Below are positions 12,291 through 25,147 of a stretch of 64,000 bases of DNA, one piece after another. The notes beneath the pieces were generated by a model, which had not been told where the DNA came from, ran no database searches, and worked only from the letters and a program-made list of their open reading frames with translations. Made by a program: the position numbers and the translations under genes. Origin of the DNA: Camelus ferus (lineage: Eukaryota); assembly GCF_009834535.1 (NCBI RefSeq), contig NC_045697.1, forward strand, positions 101,248,001 to 101,312,000, given 5' to 3'. Within the stretch, counting starts at the first letter, position 1; every line of letters begins with the position of its first letter.

Positions 12291-15200
12291 CACGTAGGCA
12301 TGAGTGTATTTCCCATTAAGAAACTGAGTTTGAAGAGCACATGTACTTTGTGCAGTGCTATGATGCCAGTGAACGGCAGAAACGGTATTTAAACCACGTT
12401 CCTACAAGTTTAGAAGTTTCTGTGGCCTATGTGAAGTTCTGTGTATATCAAGATTTCTCTACAGGATTCAAAAAGAACTGCAGACATCAGCAACTGTCGG
12501 TCTCTAAGTGCAAAAACAGTCAGACTATGCACAAACTTATAAGCAACTCATTAAAAACTGTAAGTGAATAAGGTAAGTTCCCTTTTTGTCTGTGAGCCCG
12601 ACTGGGCTTTACACTGAAGTAAGGACCATGTTCAGAGCCTCTTCTGTCACTTGATTGACTATCAGATTCTAGTCAACCTCAAAGATCACCCACTCAAGTG
12701 CTATAATTTTACAGATCAGGTATCTGGTCCTGCACATTCAAATATTTATACATAGGTTCGATGGAAAAGATGAAAAGATTCCGGTATAAGTAACTTAATT
12801 ATTACCAGGTCTCTCAACTTGTTTTAAGAGCAGACAGGACCTAGAGTTTTAGGGCTCGATGCTCTATGTTAGTTGGCAGAAGTGTTGCATACTGAATGTC
12901 TACATTGAAGAAGAGTCTCATTTCCTGAGTATATTTGAATCCATATATAGCAACATAACTGAGAACAGCTCTGAGTGTGGACAGAAGACACCCCCCCCCC
13001 CCGCCCCGTTCAACTCGTTGGGTTCTAGGGCATCACTTAGCCTTGGTGGGAAATGGGAACCCAGGTGGAAATTGCTGATCACTAACTACAACGGTCCCAG
13101 CAGTTCTCTCCTGGTGAGGGGGGTGGTCATTGAGCCCAGAGTCTCCCCGTCACCCTTCTGTTACAGGGAGATGATGAGACAAAGAAGCAGACTGCACTGC
13201 AGAAAGGATGGCATGAACAAGAGAAGTCTTTCATTTTAGCTAGTATTGTAAAAGTTTGAATGACTATATTGCTGAAATAAGTAAGTTTCTTCTCATTAAA
13301 ATTTTCTTTGTGTTTCTGATACCTGTAATAACAATGAAATAAATCCATACACATTGGGAAAAGTACACATAAAAGAGGCATATTCTCTATATAAACACAA
13401 TTCTTCTCTTAAATTGCCACAGCCAGAGTAATCACATTCTTCAATCCTTCTCTAACCACAGTTCATTACATACGCTAAAAAAGCGTATGCTTTTTCATTA
13501 TTGCTGTTTATTTATTTATGCACTTGAAAAGGGATAAAAAAACATTTTGAATCTGGGTACTCTCATATCATAGTCTACCTTCTTGCAATTAAAACACCAA
13601 TTTACTAAAGACACGGCTTGCCTAAAACAGCCATGTTTCCAAAATAGACACTCCATGAAATTTGTTAGTAACAGCTGAACGCTCAGGAACAGAGCAAAGC
13701 TTCAATTAAAGGATTATAGTTCCGGAGCTAAAATGGGAGAGACTGTAAGCTTAGGGCCGAAGCTTCCTACTCTACATTCACTGTCTCTGACTTTAGATTG
13801 GTTTTAATTATTTTTTTTCCCTTTTCCTTTTCTTTTTGCCTTTCTGCTGTTCAGCAGAATTATAAATTACAGGGAGAAAGAGCAGTCTGATCTTACCAAG
13901 GAAGTTGTTTTTTTCAAGTTGCATGTTTCATTTTTGAGTTGGTTCCCAGCCCAGCCTTATTCTAGGCGCGCCATCTGAACCTTCATCACTCCTAGTGACT
14001 CACCCAGGTCCAAAGCCTGCAAGAGCAGTACCTGAACGCCTGAATCACCCAGAAACTGGCTTGCTTACGGGAACTCTGTTTTCCCTCATATAAAAATGGG
14101 TTTTAGAAATGTTTAGGCAGTAACTAAAGGAAAAAATAAAGGACTTGGACATTGGACTTCACTGCTATTATCATTATTTCCTCTCTCTCTCCTTTAATAT
14201 CATGTAAATTCCTAAGCATCCCAAAGAATTTCATGAAAATTGGGCACTTAATGGATTTTTTCCAAAGATACTCAAAAGTGACAATTCTCAGAAATCAAGT
14301 CTTTTTCCCATCCCTGATATATTAAGAGCAGAAGGAATACATTAACAATCTTGTTCGATTATCATAGATACACTTAACAGCTACTGGAGATGATATTACT
14401 TGATAAGATATATCTCAATATATAATTCAGTGCTACTCAGGATTGAAGCAGAATTGCTTCTCAGTTGGAAAAAATATCAAATAGATATTTTTGAACTTCT
14501 CAGTAGGTGATAATCCAGTAACTCTGAGAAACAGTTTATAGGCATATGGAACAAATTATTATGGTAATTCCAAAAGGATTATTAATATTTATAGGTCAGT
14601 AGTCTTGACCTTTACAAATCTAACCATTCTGCTGAAACTAGAACTTAAAAATAAACTATATGGTTGTAATATTTACCTAAAATTCTTTACATGAATGAGG
14701 TAGTAACTTAATAAATTATTTAAATATACCACCAATATTTTTTAGACTGCATATGAGCACGAATAAGAGAGAATATTTTTGCATTACATGGGACTGAGCA
14801 CACACACACATTCTGTCTCTCTGTTTTACAAATTCGAGGTGGCCACTGGATGGCCAGAAGGAAAGGGAAAAAAGTACATAGTCTTCCTCTGTTTATTTCC
14901 ATTTTGACCTTACATTTGGAAAAGGTGAAGAATAATTCTGGCCAGTGTTTGTTCAATTCTACAGCCTTGTGGAGCAGACAATATCAATTTCATAGCAACG
15001 CCATAACCATTTATTCCCATCACAGCAGGACCGCTTGCCTGATGAAAACATAATTGAAAAAAAGTCCCTCTTATGTGGCACTGTAAACCATCTGCCATAT
15101 TCAGGTTTTATAATATGTAGCAAACTCAAAAAGGAAAAAGTAGAAACAAGTTTCTAGGAGAATAACATTTAAGAACCACAAAAGATCACCTAATTAAGGA

Positions 15201-15329
15201 AAGATACACAAAAATAAACAGCAAATGAACATGCAAAAATACCACTGCAAATAATAATGGGTTTTTATTACTTCATACATATTCTTATGTGTGCTTTAAT
15301 ATATTTCCAACCCATCAGAGTGATTTACT

Positions 15330-15535
15330 TGCTTTTGTTTATTACCAACCATATAGTGCTGAGTGCCAAATGTATTCTAAGTACTTTATAAATATGAAAT
15401 CACTCAATTTGCGTAACAGCCTTACAAAGTGAGCACTGTTATCACACCTATCTTACAGGTGGAAGAAACTGAACAAAAGAGCCGGGATTGAAACTCAGGC
15501 TAGCAGAGGATCTCGCCTCTTACCACTACCCAGTG
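15330..15535 (-). mobile_element. MIR SINE
   Basis: MIR core in reverse: cacctatcttacaggtggaagaaactga...gagccgggattgaaactcagg. Confidence 0.7.
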
Positions 15536-15570
15536 CTGGACAGAGTCAAAAAAATTTCTCTAAAATATAG

Positions 15571-16040
15571 ATGGACCTGGAGGTTGTCATTCTCAGTGAA
15601 ATAAGCCAGAAAGAGAAAGAAAAATACCATATGATATCACTTATGTGTGGAATCTAAAAAAAACAAAAAAAGACAAACTTATTTGCAAAGCTGAAACAGA
15701 CTCAGACGTAGAGAACAAACTTGTGGTTACCAGCGGAGGAAGGGGGTGGGTGGGGATAAATTGAGAGTTAGAGATTTACAGATACTAACCGATACATATA
15801 GAATAGATAAACAAGTTCATGCTCTAGAGTGCAGAGAACTATATCTGATATCCTGAGGTAACTTATGGTGAAAAAGAATACGAAAATGAATATATGTATG
15901 TTCGTGTATGACTGAAACATTACGCTGTACACCAGAAATTGACACAGCATTGTAAACTGACTAAACTTCAATAAAAATATAAAATAAAATAAAATAAAAT
16001 AAAATAAAATAAAATAAAATAAAATAAAATATAAAATAAA
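15571..16040 (+). mobile_element. Young 5'-truncated L1 3' end with (AAAAT)n tail
   Basis: atggacctggaggttgtcattctcagtgaaataagccag...cttcaataaaa followed by (AAAAT)n. Near-perfect TSD: aaaatatagat (15562-15572) and aaaatacagat (16038-16048). Confidence 0.92.
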
Positions 16041-16217
16041 ATACAGATAACCCTTAAAAACTGATGATTATATTCTAAGATTAATTTCAAAGTTAGCACT
16101 AACACCTACATTCACATTCTGGTATTCTGTAGTTCACGGAGTATGTTTTTTTTCCTGAAAAGTTTTCATATAAAACATAGGTCGACATAAAAGATGAAAG
16201 ACGCTTTCATTCCATCA

Positions 16218-16333
16218 CTGATGAATACAGTGATTAGATCCACTATATATGTATAATAGATATAGTCAACTACAGGATATTGAGTCTTCCCCCAACTAAA
16301 ATCAGCTCAAAATATCAAATAAATAAATACATA

Positions 16334-16365
<32 letters not shown>

Positions 16366-16394
16366 GTGGATCTAATCACTGTTTTCGTCATCAG
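16218..16394. repeat. Inverted repeat with a 24-bp perfect core and ~108-bp AT-rich spacer
   Basis: acagtgattagatccactatatat (16227-16250) is the reverse complement of atatatagtggatctaatcactgt (16359-16382). The outer ctgatga/tcatcag also pair. Confidence 0.9.
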
Positions 16395-18269
16395 AGAACT
16401 TCATATATATACATATATATATATAAAAATACCACTTTTCATACAAAAACATTATGTATATAGAAAATATCTAGGTAAGAAAATAAAATCAACGTTATTT
16501 TTCTTCCCACTCCTCCAAAATACGATTTATTATTTTGAGTGAGTAGCTAGGTATAAGAGTCAATTAGATCCTCTTAACCAAAAAAAAAAAAAAAAGTAGG
16601 AAAATGTAGGGAACAAAACTAAGAAAAAATAAATTTGTAACTCTCTATAGAGAACTATACTGTATACTAAAGAAATCACATCATTTTTTTTTGGTGTCTG
16701 TGTAAGAACAGAAAGAAACTAAATGTCTTCTTTATGTATTTCATTTCATACCAAATAATGAACCAATTTTCAATGACATTAATAATATGTTGTCTTACTA
16801 AACAGCCACATCCCAGGAGCCCCGGACTTTTCTCTCCCTCTCTCTTTTTTTAATCCCTGAATACTCATCTGAAAATTAACTCAGAGCCCTTATTACACTT
16901 GTTCCTTTCTCCACTGAAAATCTTCAATGCATTATGAAAATTAAATAAATAACATTTTACTGCAAATCGTGTTTTTAATTAGGAAGTAATAGAGGTAACA
17001 ATTCTAAAAGTACTCTAAGTGGAAGGAAGAGGGATAAAATACAAATTGAAAGTTTGGCGAAAGTAATTTAGAGCTGATTTGAGTTGGGGGAAGACTCAGT
17101 GCCCTGCAACTGACTGTAAGTCACATGAAGGCAGACAGGATCTAAGTTGATTTTAAACTTGGTAGGGAACCCAGAAGATGCTCTAGGAATAAGCCATTTT
17201 AAACTCCATTTAAAAGAAGAAGAAGGGTATTAGCAATTTTCAAACAATATATATGTTGTTTCAACATTCCTGCATATAAATAAATGCTTTTAAAGACTTC
17301 TAATGAACCCTTAATCATAGATTTCACCACCTGTAGCGTACACGCAGCACAGGCAACCTAACTGTTAATGAATTGTACTTCATTCTCTTTTCCTTCCAGG
17401 CTTCATTTCTCTTTCCTACATCTCATCACATGCACAACCACCCTTGAAGGAAGACATTTCTCTTCAACCTATGACAACCAAAAATCCCTCATCAGATCTC
17501 TCTTATTCTAAAGTCGCACCTTGTAATTACCCTCCTATTTTTAACATGGCTCCCATTAAATTTTTTTTTCTTTTCACCAGCCCTTTCCCACCCACCCAAA
17601 GATTTCTGGGAGTCCTCACTCAGTCCTTTGCTGTCTCCCAGAAATGGAAGACTGAAAGGTTGGGTAGAAGGGGAAGGGGAGGAGATGGCGGGGCCCTTGA
17701 CACGGCCAGTTGGAAACCTATTTTGCATTCAGAAAAGCTTCAATCCACCCTGCTCCCATCTTCCTCATTTTTTCTCTCTTCCTGTTTCTGATTTTTATTT
17801 TGACCCTACACCTTTACAACCTGGTTAACCTGAGCACTGTTTGATTTGGTTATGTAAAATAAAATAGCTCACCGTTATTCACATATACCGATTAACAGTA
17901 GGCCAATAATGATTATACATAGCCATAAACACCTTTGTTGTGAGTTTTATTTAATAATAACACTCCATTCTCATCAAATGTGCTCAGTCTTTATAAATTC
18001 TTGCATATTTAGCATAATTATCTCCTTGTAATAAAAAAAAATCAAAGAAATGTTGTTTCACATCTTTCTAGGGATTCAAAGTATTAGCTCAACAACTGTA
18101 AAAGTAAGATAATAGTCACGGAATTAAATAAAGGGGTACTTTGAGGGTTTTGGCAAAGGAATGGCAAAAAGTTACTTCAAACCAGATTATGCCAGAAGTA
18201 AAGAGAATACCAATTAGCTAAAGAAAACATAGACCTATATTTCAGCCAAGTGGTACTTTTAATGTTGAT

Positions 18270-18370
18270 AAATATGTGCTTAATAGTGCCTGATATAGAG
18301 AAAGCATTCAGTATTTAACTGAATTGAATAATTCAATTGAATTGAATAAGTGAGTGACTGAATGAGTGTA
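18270..18370 (+). mobile_element. L2 3' end
   Basis: agtgcctgatatagagaaagcattcagtatttaactgaattgaat...gtgagtgactgaatga. Confidence 0.6.
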
Positions 18371-19264
18371 AGTTGCTTTTCTGGTTTATATCAGGACTGT
18401 TAAAATAAACTGAGAAATATCTAGCCATTTCCTACATTCTTCAGCTACATATTACTGCTTCATAGCCATCAACACTGAAGATTTCATTTTCTTGGGTGGT
18501 CAGTAGTAGGTCCCATTAATTTTACCTTCTCTTTCCAAAGCCCTTCCTTTCTCTGAAGATGGCCTGTCATACTGCCCTGTTGTTGAATTCAATTAGATCT
18601 AAAAAGCTCTATGCAACTGGCACATAAAACTATGAAATGCTGCTCAGCAGGTGGAGTTGTAGGGAAATGATGCAATGTCAAGTCTCCTGAGAGGTGCTGG
18701 GCACTGGTGCATATGTGGCTCCCGGGCAGGCCTGAGAGCAAAGTACACCTGTGCAGACAAGCTCTGGGGCATCTCCCCTCCTGAGGGTTCCTCCAGGAAT
18801 AAGTGAGAAGTTATGCTGATGCTGGCGTAGCAATGGCGCTAAACCTCTTAGCAACATTCAGGAGCTGATGGAAAGTTATCAAAATACAACATCGCTTCTC
18901 ACAACCACAACACTATATTCTGGCAAAAGCATGAGTCAGTGAGAAATCTGTATGTGATTATTATTTACAGAGAAGGACTCTCTCTGCTCCTTGTAGGACA
19001 GATAAATAAGCAAGGATTTAGTAATTTGAGGATTCTTTTAAGTATGGAATTTTTTATCCAGGTGAGAATGTTCCAACTCCGCCTCTTGTGAACTTTCTGA
19101 CCTTCGACCAGATGCTTACACTCCCTGTGCCCGAACCTCTCTTCCCTATTAAACAACGGGAGGGGATAATATTCACTCACCTTCCACGTTTGCGAGTCTC
19201 ACAGTTGGCACTTAGTCAGTTTTCAGAGAATGACTGGCAAGCGTTAAACAGATACTCAGTAAAT

Positions 19265-19490
19265 GTAAATATATGTGTATATATACACATTCACTTAATA
19301 TAATTATGTATTATATATCTAGTATATAATATTATGTATGGCATAATATATTATTATATTGTATATTATACATTATATAGTTATATATTAGATCACATAA
19401 TATATAGTTATATAATATGTTCTATATTTATATTATATATGCATCTATTATATGTAATATGTATACACACATATATGTTTATATGTATTT
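19265..19490. repeat. Degenerate (TA)-rich low-complexity tract
   Basis: Direct reading. Confidence 0.9.
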
Positions 19491-20689
19491 TAAAGAATTA
19501 CCATGGCAGACAGGGCGGATTGGTCGGTTTGGGCGGGTCACACAAGACGCAGCCCTCCTTCCCCCACAGCTGTCTCTAGTTACTGCAATCCTTACCCAGA
19601 AACTCTCAGTTCCTGCAGGAGGAAGGGAAATAGAAATAGCAACCCCACTGCCAAGCTCTTTATCACAGAAAAAAGGGTTGGTAAAGCCAAACAAACCAAA
19701 ATAAAATAAAACAAAAACATTCTTCTGTCAGCTGGCTCATTCACCCCCTTTTACTGCTCTCTGTATCCGCTCGCTTTCCACAGGCGAGAACTGCATATGT
19801 ATGTGCTAGTGACTAGAAGTGGGGCGAGGGCCCCATGGGCCTGCCGGCCAAGCGCACATGTGTCCGCCTTAAGAATAATTCATTGTCAGAGTGAAGTGTT
19901 ATGTGCAACCCACTGAGAGCCCTCGGGGAATGGGGATTCAGAAGTGGCTTCTTCGGTCTATCCGGCAAGTCCTTCTGAGAAGTTCAGCATGGTCTGGGCC
20001 CTCGGGACACACACCTGGCCAGCCTCCATTCTCCTTGACAGAAAGCATTCCTCTGGCACCTTCTAGCTTGAATCCTGTGCTACCCAGTTCCTTTGTTCTT
20101 TTCACAAACCCTTTCCTCCCTTCCATGCCCAAGGCCCCACATCCATTTATGGCTTGCCTCTGGCAAAAGCGGGCAGCAAGTCTTTACTCCTTAAGATAAT
20201 AGAGTAGGAAGCGGAGAATTCTGTTCCTGAGGCAAGCTATCACAGTTCTGGCCTGAAAATTCTAAAAATCAATCATACACCTGAATAGAGAAGGGTTATC
20301 TCCACCAGCTAAACCTTACTGTGTTGGAAAAAATATCTGTCACCTTCTCACTTTCAAGATCCATTTTCCAAAAACCTCCATCTATTACCTTTGGCTTGAC
20401 CCATAATAGTCTGGTGTAAAAGATGTGTGTTGGTACAGGGGGTGGACGGGAGGATTTAGCACACCATTATAGACTCCTTGTGCTAAATCACAGGTTGACT
20501 AAGTTTAGCTTAAGAATGACCACATAAGATTTCTGAATATTGGCCCTCATACTGGACCAGTGCCATTGCCACCTGTTGCCTTGACTTTAATCTCCTCATC
20601 AAATCCATCTTGAATTCCACTGACAATTTGCATTCTCCAACCATCTCGCGTCTCTCCACATATAACTTCCTAGTGAGGCATGTCTATTT

Positions 20690-20925
20690 ATTTGCATAGA
20701 ATTCTACAATTTGCAAAATACTTTTTATATATATATATACACACACACACACTCTTTTCGTTGATTACTTTAAAAATGCCTGATAAGGAAACTGGTATCA
20801 TCCTCATCTTACAGGTGAAAAGTTCAGAGAGATTAGGAGACACGATTGAGATCATGCACCTGAAAAAGTACCATAGCTAGAATTCTAACCTAGACCATTT
20901 AACTCTTGGACCAGTGCTTTCATTC
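20690..20925 (-). mobile_element. MIR SINE
   Basis: tatcatcctcatcttacaggtgaaaagttcagagagattagg core. Confidence 0.65.
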
Positions 20926-21579
20926 ATGCCAAATGCCTTAATATGACATTTAAGATATTACACAATCTGAACTCATCTATTTCCAACACTACAGCCAGCT
21001 GTTCATAGCTAACCTTTCTACTCTAGCAAAGCCAGTCTTTGCAAGGTTGCCCAACTTCATCTGGGAAGTTGGTTTCTTCCTACGTATGTGTATTCCCCAA
21101 CCTGGAATGTTCTTCAGTCTTCTTACTCTCTGTGTTTCCTGACCCAGAATCTATGCTAGCCTTGTGTCTGCTTCCGGATCGGTTCAAATTCCACTCTGTT
21201 CCAGCCCTCCCACACTGCCACAGCCTAGCATGGCCTCTCCTCCTTCAAAACCCTGTGCAGTTATTTCCTACCTGTCATGTGGACATTGTGAGCAGACCCT
21301 CCTGACATTAAATGCTGTTTCTACAGTAACGCTCAGCCCTACCTGGGCTGGAGAAAGTTACATGAAGCTTAGAGAACGAGTCTCCCCCGAGATACCATGT
21401 TCTCCTGTCACCTTCTGCTGCGCTGTCACTGCAGACAGAAAATCACCAATTTATCAACAAAGTACTTTTCAAAATTGTCAGGATTCAATTCAGATACCCT
21501 CTCCCCAGTAACGGCTTCCCTGACTCTTGGTCAGAATTTAGGAAGCTTTCTCCTACCCTCACAGTACCCAGCACATCTT

Positions 21580-21772
21580 CTTACATAGCACTTACTACAA
21601 CTTTAAATATTTTGTTTGTTTACACAGTGGTCTCCTGCCTTCAGTTCCATAGCTCCCTAGATGCATGGAAAGTGACACTCATTGTGACCCACTATGGCAC
21701 TGGCTCCTGATAGGCAGACTTCACTCAATGTTATGTAGCTGGATGGATGGAAGGATGAATGAATGAATGAAT
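21580..21772 (+). mobile_element. L2 3' end with (GAAT/GGAT)n tail
   Basis: catagcacttactacaac...ttgtttgtttac...ggatggatggaaggatgaatgaatgaatga. Confidence 0.65.
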
Positions 21773-22379
21773 GGAGATGCTGATTCCGTGCAAGTCAGAA
21801 CAGTTTCCCTAAATGACAGTACGCTAGCACTGACAGTCTCTGGCTATCCAACTAAAGCCTTGTTAATCCTTTATTTGGCTGAAATAACTTTCAACTCTGA
21901 TAAGGATCAGAAGAGAAACTTACTGTGGAATATGGTTTCCCTTAGGAAGTGTTAGCCATGTTATTTTGGCTCTCAGTTCAGCTCCAAATCCCATCTGACC
22001 CCTGGTGCAGCAGAATCAATCAGAGGCCAAAAAAAAGGAAGAAAAAAAAAAAAAAAAGGAGAAAAGGGAGACGAGGAAGAGCTTCCACTGGACAGAAACA
22101 GCAGGTGGACTCACTCAAGGAAATCAAAACAAGAATTATAGCAACTTGAAAAAACTGCAGAGGATTTTGAAAACCTACTCCAGTTTAACAGATAAGACCA
22201 CTGTGGGTTGTGAGGTGACTAAGATTAATTAACTGAATCAAGGTTTTCTACCAACCATTTACTTTTTCCACCGTACCTCACTGCCTTTCTACTATGTTTC
22301 TATTGCTGCTATATTATAAATTTAAAAGTCCTACAATAAAAATAATAATATAAACATGTAATAATATAATAATATAAAC

Positions 22380-22530
22380 AACTCTGAGTCCTATTTCCTC
22401 ATCAATAAGGTGGAACGATCAGAACAATTAATTCACAGAGGCTTTGTCAGTGTTAAATGCAATAGTATAGAGTGCTTAGAACAGAGACGGCATATTGGAA
22501 ACATTCAATAAATATTACTATTATTACCAA
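22380..22530 (+). mobile_element. MIR SINE
   Basis: ctctgagtcctatttcctcatc...gtgcttagaacagagacggcatattggaaacattcaataaatatt. Confidence 0.7.
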
Positions 22531-22949
22531 CTATTGTCTGACTCAAACACATGCCTGTTTCAATGAAGATCTTCCTGTAAAGCTGGCATGAAAACAGAAG
22601 AAATACAAACATGACATATCCAATGCCATGTCACAGAAATGAAGCTTATGGTAACTACACTCAACCCTCACACCTCCAACCTGTGTTTACCACTGTACCT
22701 GCCACTCACCTAGTGACTCAAGTAAGTCAAGATGCTGTATGCAAAATTACATATTGTGTGTGCCCAGGTTACATTTAAGAGTTTGAATCCCTGCTTGTGC
22801 CCTTTCACAGATGTTTTAAATCCACTAAGTCGCTAAGTTGTAGTGTGGGAGCTCTAATTTTTTTTTTCTTCTGCCTGGATATCATTTGTGATCTCTCAAT
22901 AGTTGACATGTAACATAGCTACATTTCTACTCAATATCTAGCTGGGGCT

Positions 22950-23075
22950 AATTCGTTTGTTCAACAAATATTTATTGAGCTTCTAATATGCACCAGGCAC
23001 TTACTTGGTGCCGGGAATATACCAGTGAGCAAAGCAGATAAAAACCCCTGACCTGTTGGAACTACATTTTAATAG
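22950..23075 (-). mobile_element. L2 3' end
   Basis: ttcgtttgttcaacaaatatttattgagcttctaatatgcaccaggcac. Confidence 0.8.
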
Positions 23076-23809
23076 TATAGAGCAGAAATAAAAGTGGTTA
23101 GTCTTTGAAAATGCCGTCTAATAAGCTCAAAGATAAGTTGTCTTTATACTCAAAATGAAGTTTTTTTAAATGAAAAGTTGTCTTTTACCTTGACATTATA
23201 CAATGGCAAGACTTGGTGTATGACTTTGTACCTTATGACCAATTGTTTTTTCAGATATGTCTTTAATTTCCTCATTTACACAAGGGATACCAAATGAGAG
23301 TAATATGTCAAAAGATATAACATGAGGAAATCTATTGGTAACAGGGATAGTAATTAATAGATAACTTAAATCAGAAATACCAAAGCTTTAAAAAGAATGC
23401 ATAAATCATATCTCCAAGGGAGAGGAATGCACAAAAGTCACTTCTAGGGCCCATTCACCCTATCTCTGCCTCCCTCTTCTTCCTCCCTCAGTCTGGTATC
23501 TTAAACTTTTTAAACCAAAAGCAGCACCTGGGGTTAGTGATCACACTCAAGAGTTTGCACTGCAGTGTATCACCTCCTCCCTCCCCACCTGCTACAATAA
23601 AAATATCAAATCCAAATCCAGAATTTTTAAATACAAGGAACAATTCAAAAAAAAAAAAAAAAACAAAGCAAAAAGAACCGTCTGAGCATTAACAGAGTGT
23701 TCTGTATTTCCTGTTATAAGGCTCATGCTAGTTGCAAATATTTTATTTAAAAAGAAATAAAGAAACTGGTGATTTGCAATAAGAGTAATCGTGAAGAAAG
23801 CCAATGTTT

Positions 23810-23990
23810 ATCAAGTTCAAGGCACTATTCTACTTGACACAAAAGCAAACTCAGCTCTACAAATGTGTATGGATATTATGCCCAATTTACAGATAAGGAA
23901 AGCTAGCACTGAACACTAACAAAACTTGCCCAAGTTTTCATGACTGGTAACTGACAGAGCTGGGGCTCTGACAGTCTGCTGCCGACTTTC
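23810..23990 (-). mobile_element. MIR SINE
   Basis: attatgcccaatttacagataaggaaag...aacttgcccaagtt. Confidence 0.7.
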
Positions 23991-24384
23991 ACGTGCTAAA
24001 AATCCTTCTCAAGACAGTCAGCTCCATCTTAACCCATGACTTCATGACCTGCTTTCTGCTCTCTCTTCCCATTTCTGTTTCTTGTAGTAGACAGAAAAAC
24101 TCTTATAAGACCAGAACTCTGTCATGTGATTGTACATTGCCCAGGGAGATTAAAACAATCTGCCACAAATCACTTTAAATCCTCAAATTTTGCTCTGCTC
24201 ATGTGTAAAAAGGGGTTTACAAACCTAGCTCTTTTCCTATCATGGGTATTTATGAGATAATCTGATTATACACATGAAAGGGTTTTGTGAACCAAACGCT
24301 AAAATATAGAAGAAGTCTCATTTATAAGGGAGTGATAACTTTAATTTTTCCCTTGAATCTCTATTCACAATTGACTTCTACTTT

Positions 24385-25147
24385 TGCTGGGCACCACCAG
24401 CACGATTTCTGAACATTTACTATAACATTTGTCTCATTTGGGCAGCTTATAGGAGTTGATCGTTACATTTTCAGGAATTTTGTGAGCCAGCTATTTAACA
24501 TAGCCACTATTTTTGTTAAAAGTATATTATGTAAACTTTAATAAATTATATTAGAGACAAAGGTAGAATAACCAAAACTCATTGCTCCTAATTACTGTAC
24601 AACATTTTACTATTAGTTCTGCTCATATAGACCCACTTATCTGTATGGTAGGAAAACCATTATAACGGCAAGCTACTGAGTGCCTTTTCCCAACTTTGTG
24701 TTCAGGGGTCTCATGCTGGTAGCTTGAAACTGACCATGATAAACATATTTTCACCACAGATCTCAGCAAACTCTACAAATCAAGGCTTAACTAGCTGTTT
24801 TGTTTGTTATCTAAAGAAAGTGATGGACAATATGTTAATCATGCAGATTAAGCTTCAAAGTCTTTTATAGCATAAAAAATAGTGGTATCATAGATAAATC
24901 ATAATCATAGATTGGTAGGGGTACAAGAATTAAGCAAGAATCAATGCAAATGTCATTTAGGAATCAATGACTACATGGAATTGAATAAACTGTGTGCCAC
25001 CTTTATATCTGTAAGATGTATAATAGACTGATGCATTTGTATATATCTATGCATATATGTGTGTACACAATATACACTATATATACACAGACACATGGGT
25101 AGGGGGAGGGTAAAGCCATTAGTTACCCTTTTACCAGAACACGACTG
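24385..25147. mobile_element. MER63-like hAT (Blackjack group) DNA transposon relic
   Basis: The right end ttaccagaacacgactg is the reverse complement of a CAGTGGTGTGCTGGTAA-type TIR. Internal motif ttttcaggaattttgtgagccag. Confidence 0.55.

Noticed and set aside
15981..16042. CRISPR-like or satellite array
   Set aside because: This is a simple (AAAAT)n L1 tail. No spacer-repeat structure occurs anywhere in the window.
16218..16394. Hammerhead ribozyme or C/D snoRNA (CTGATGA ... GAAA motifs)
   Set aside because: There is no stem II between CUGAUGA and GAAA, no correctly placed cleavage triplet or stems, and no proper C/D box pair with a terminal stem.
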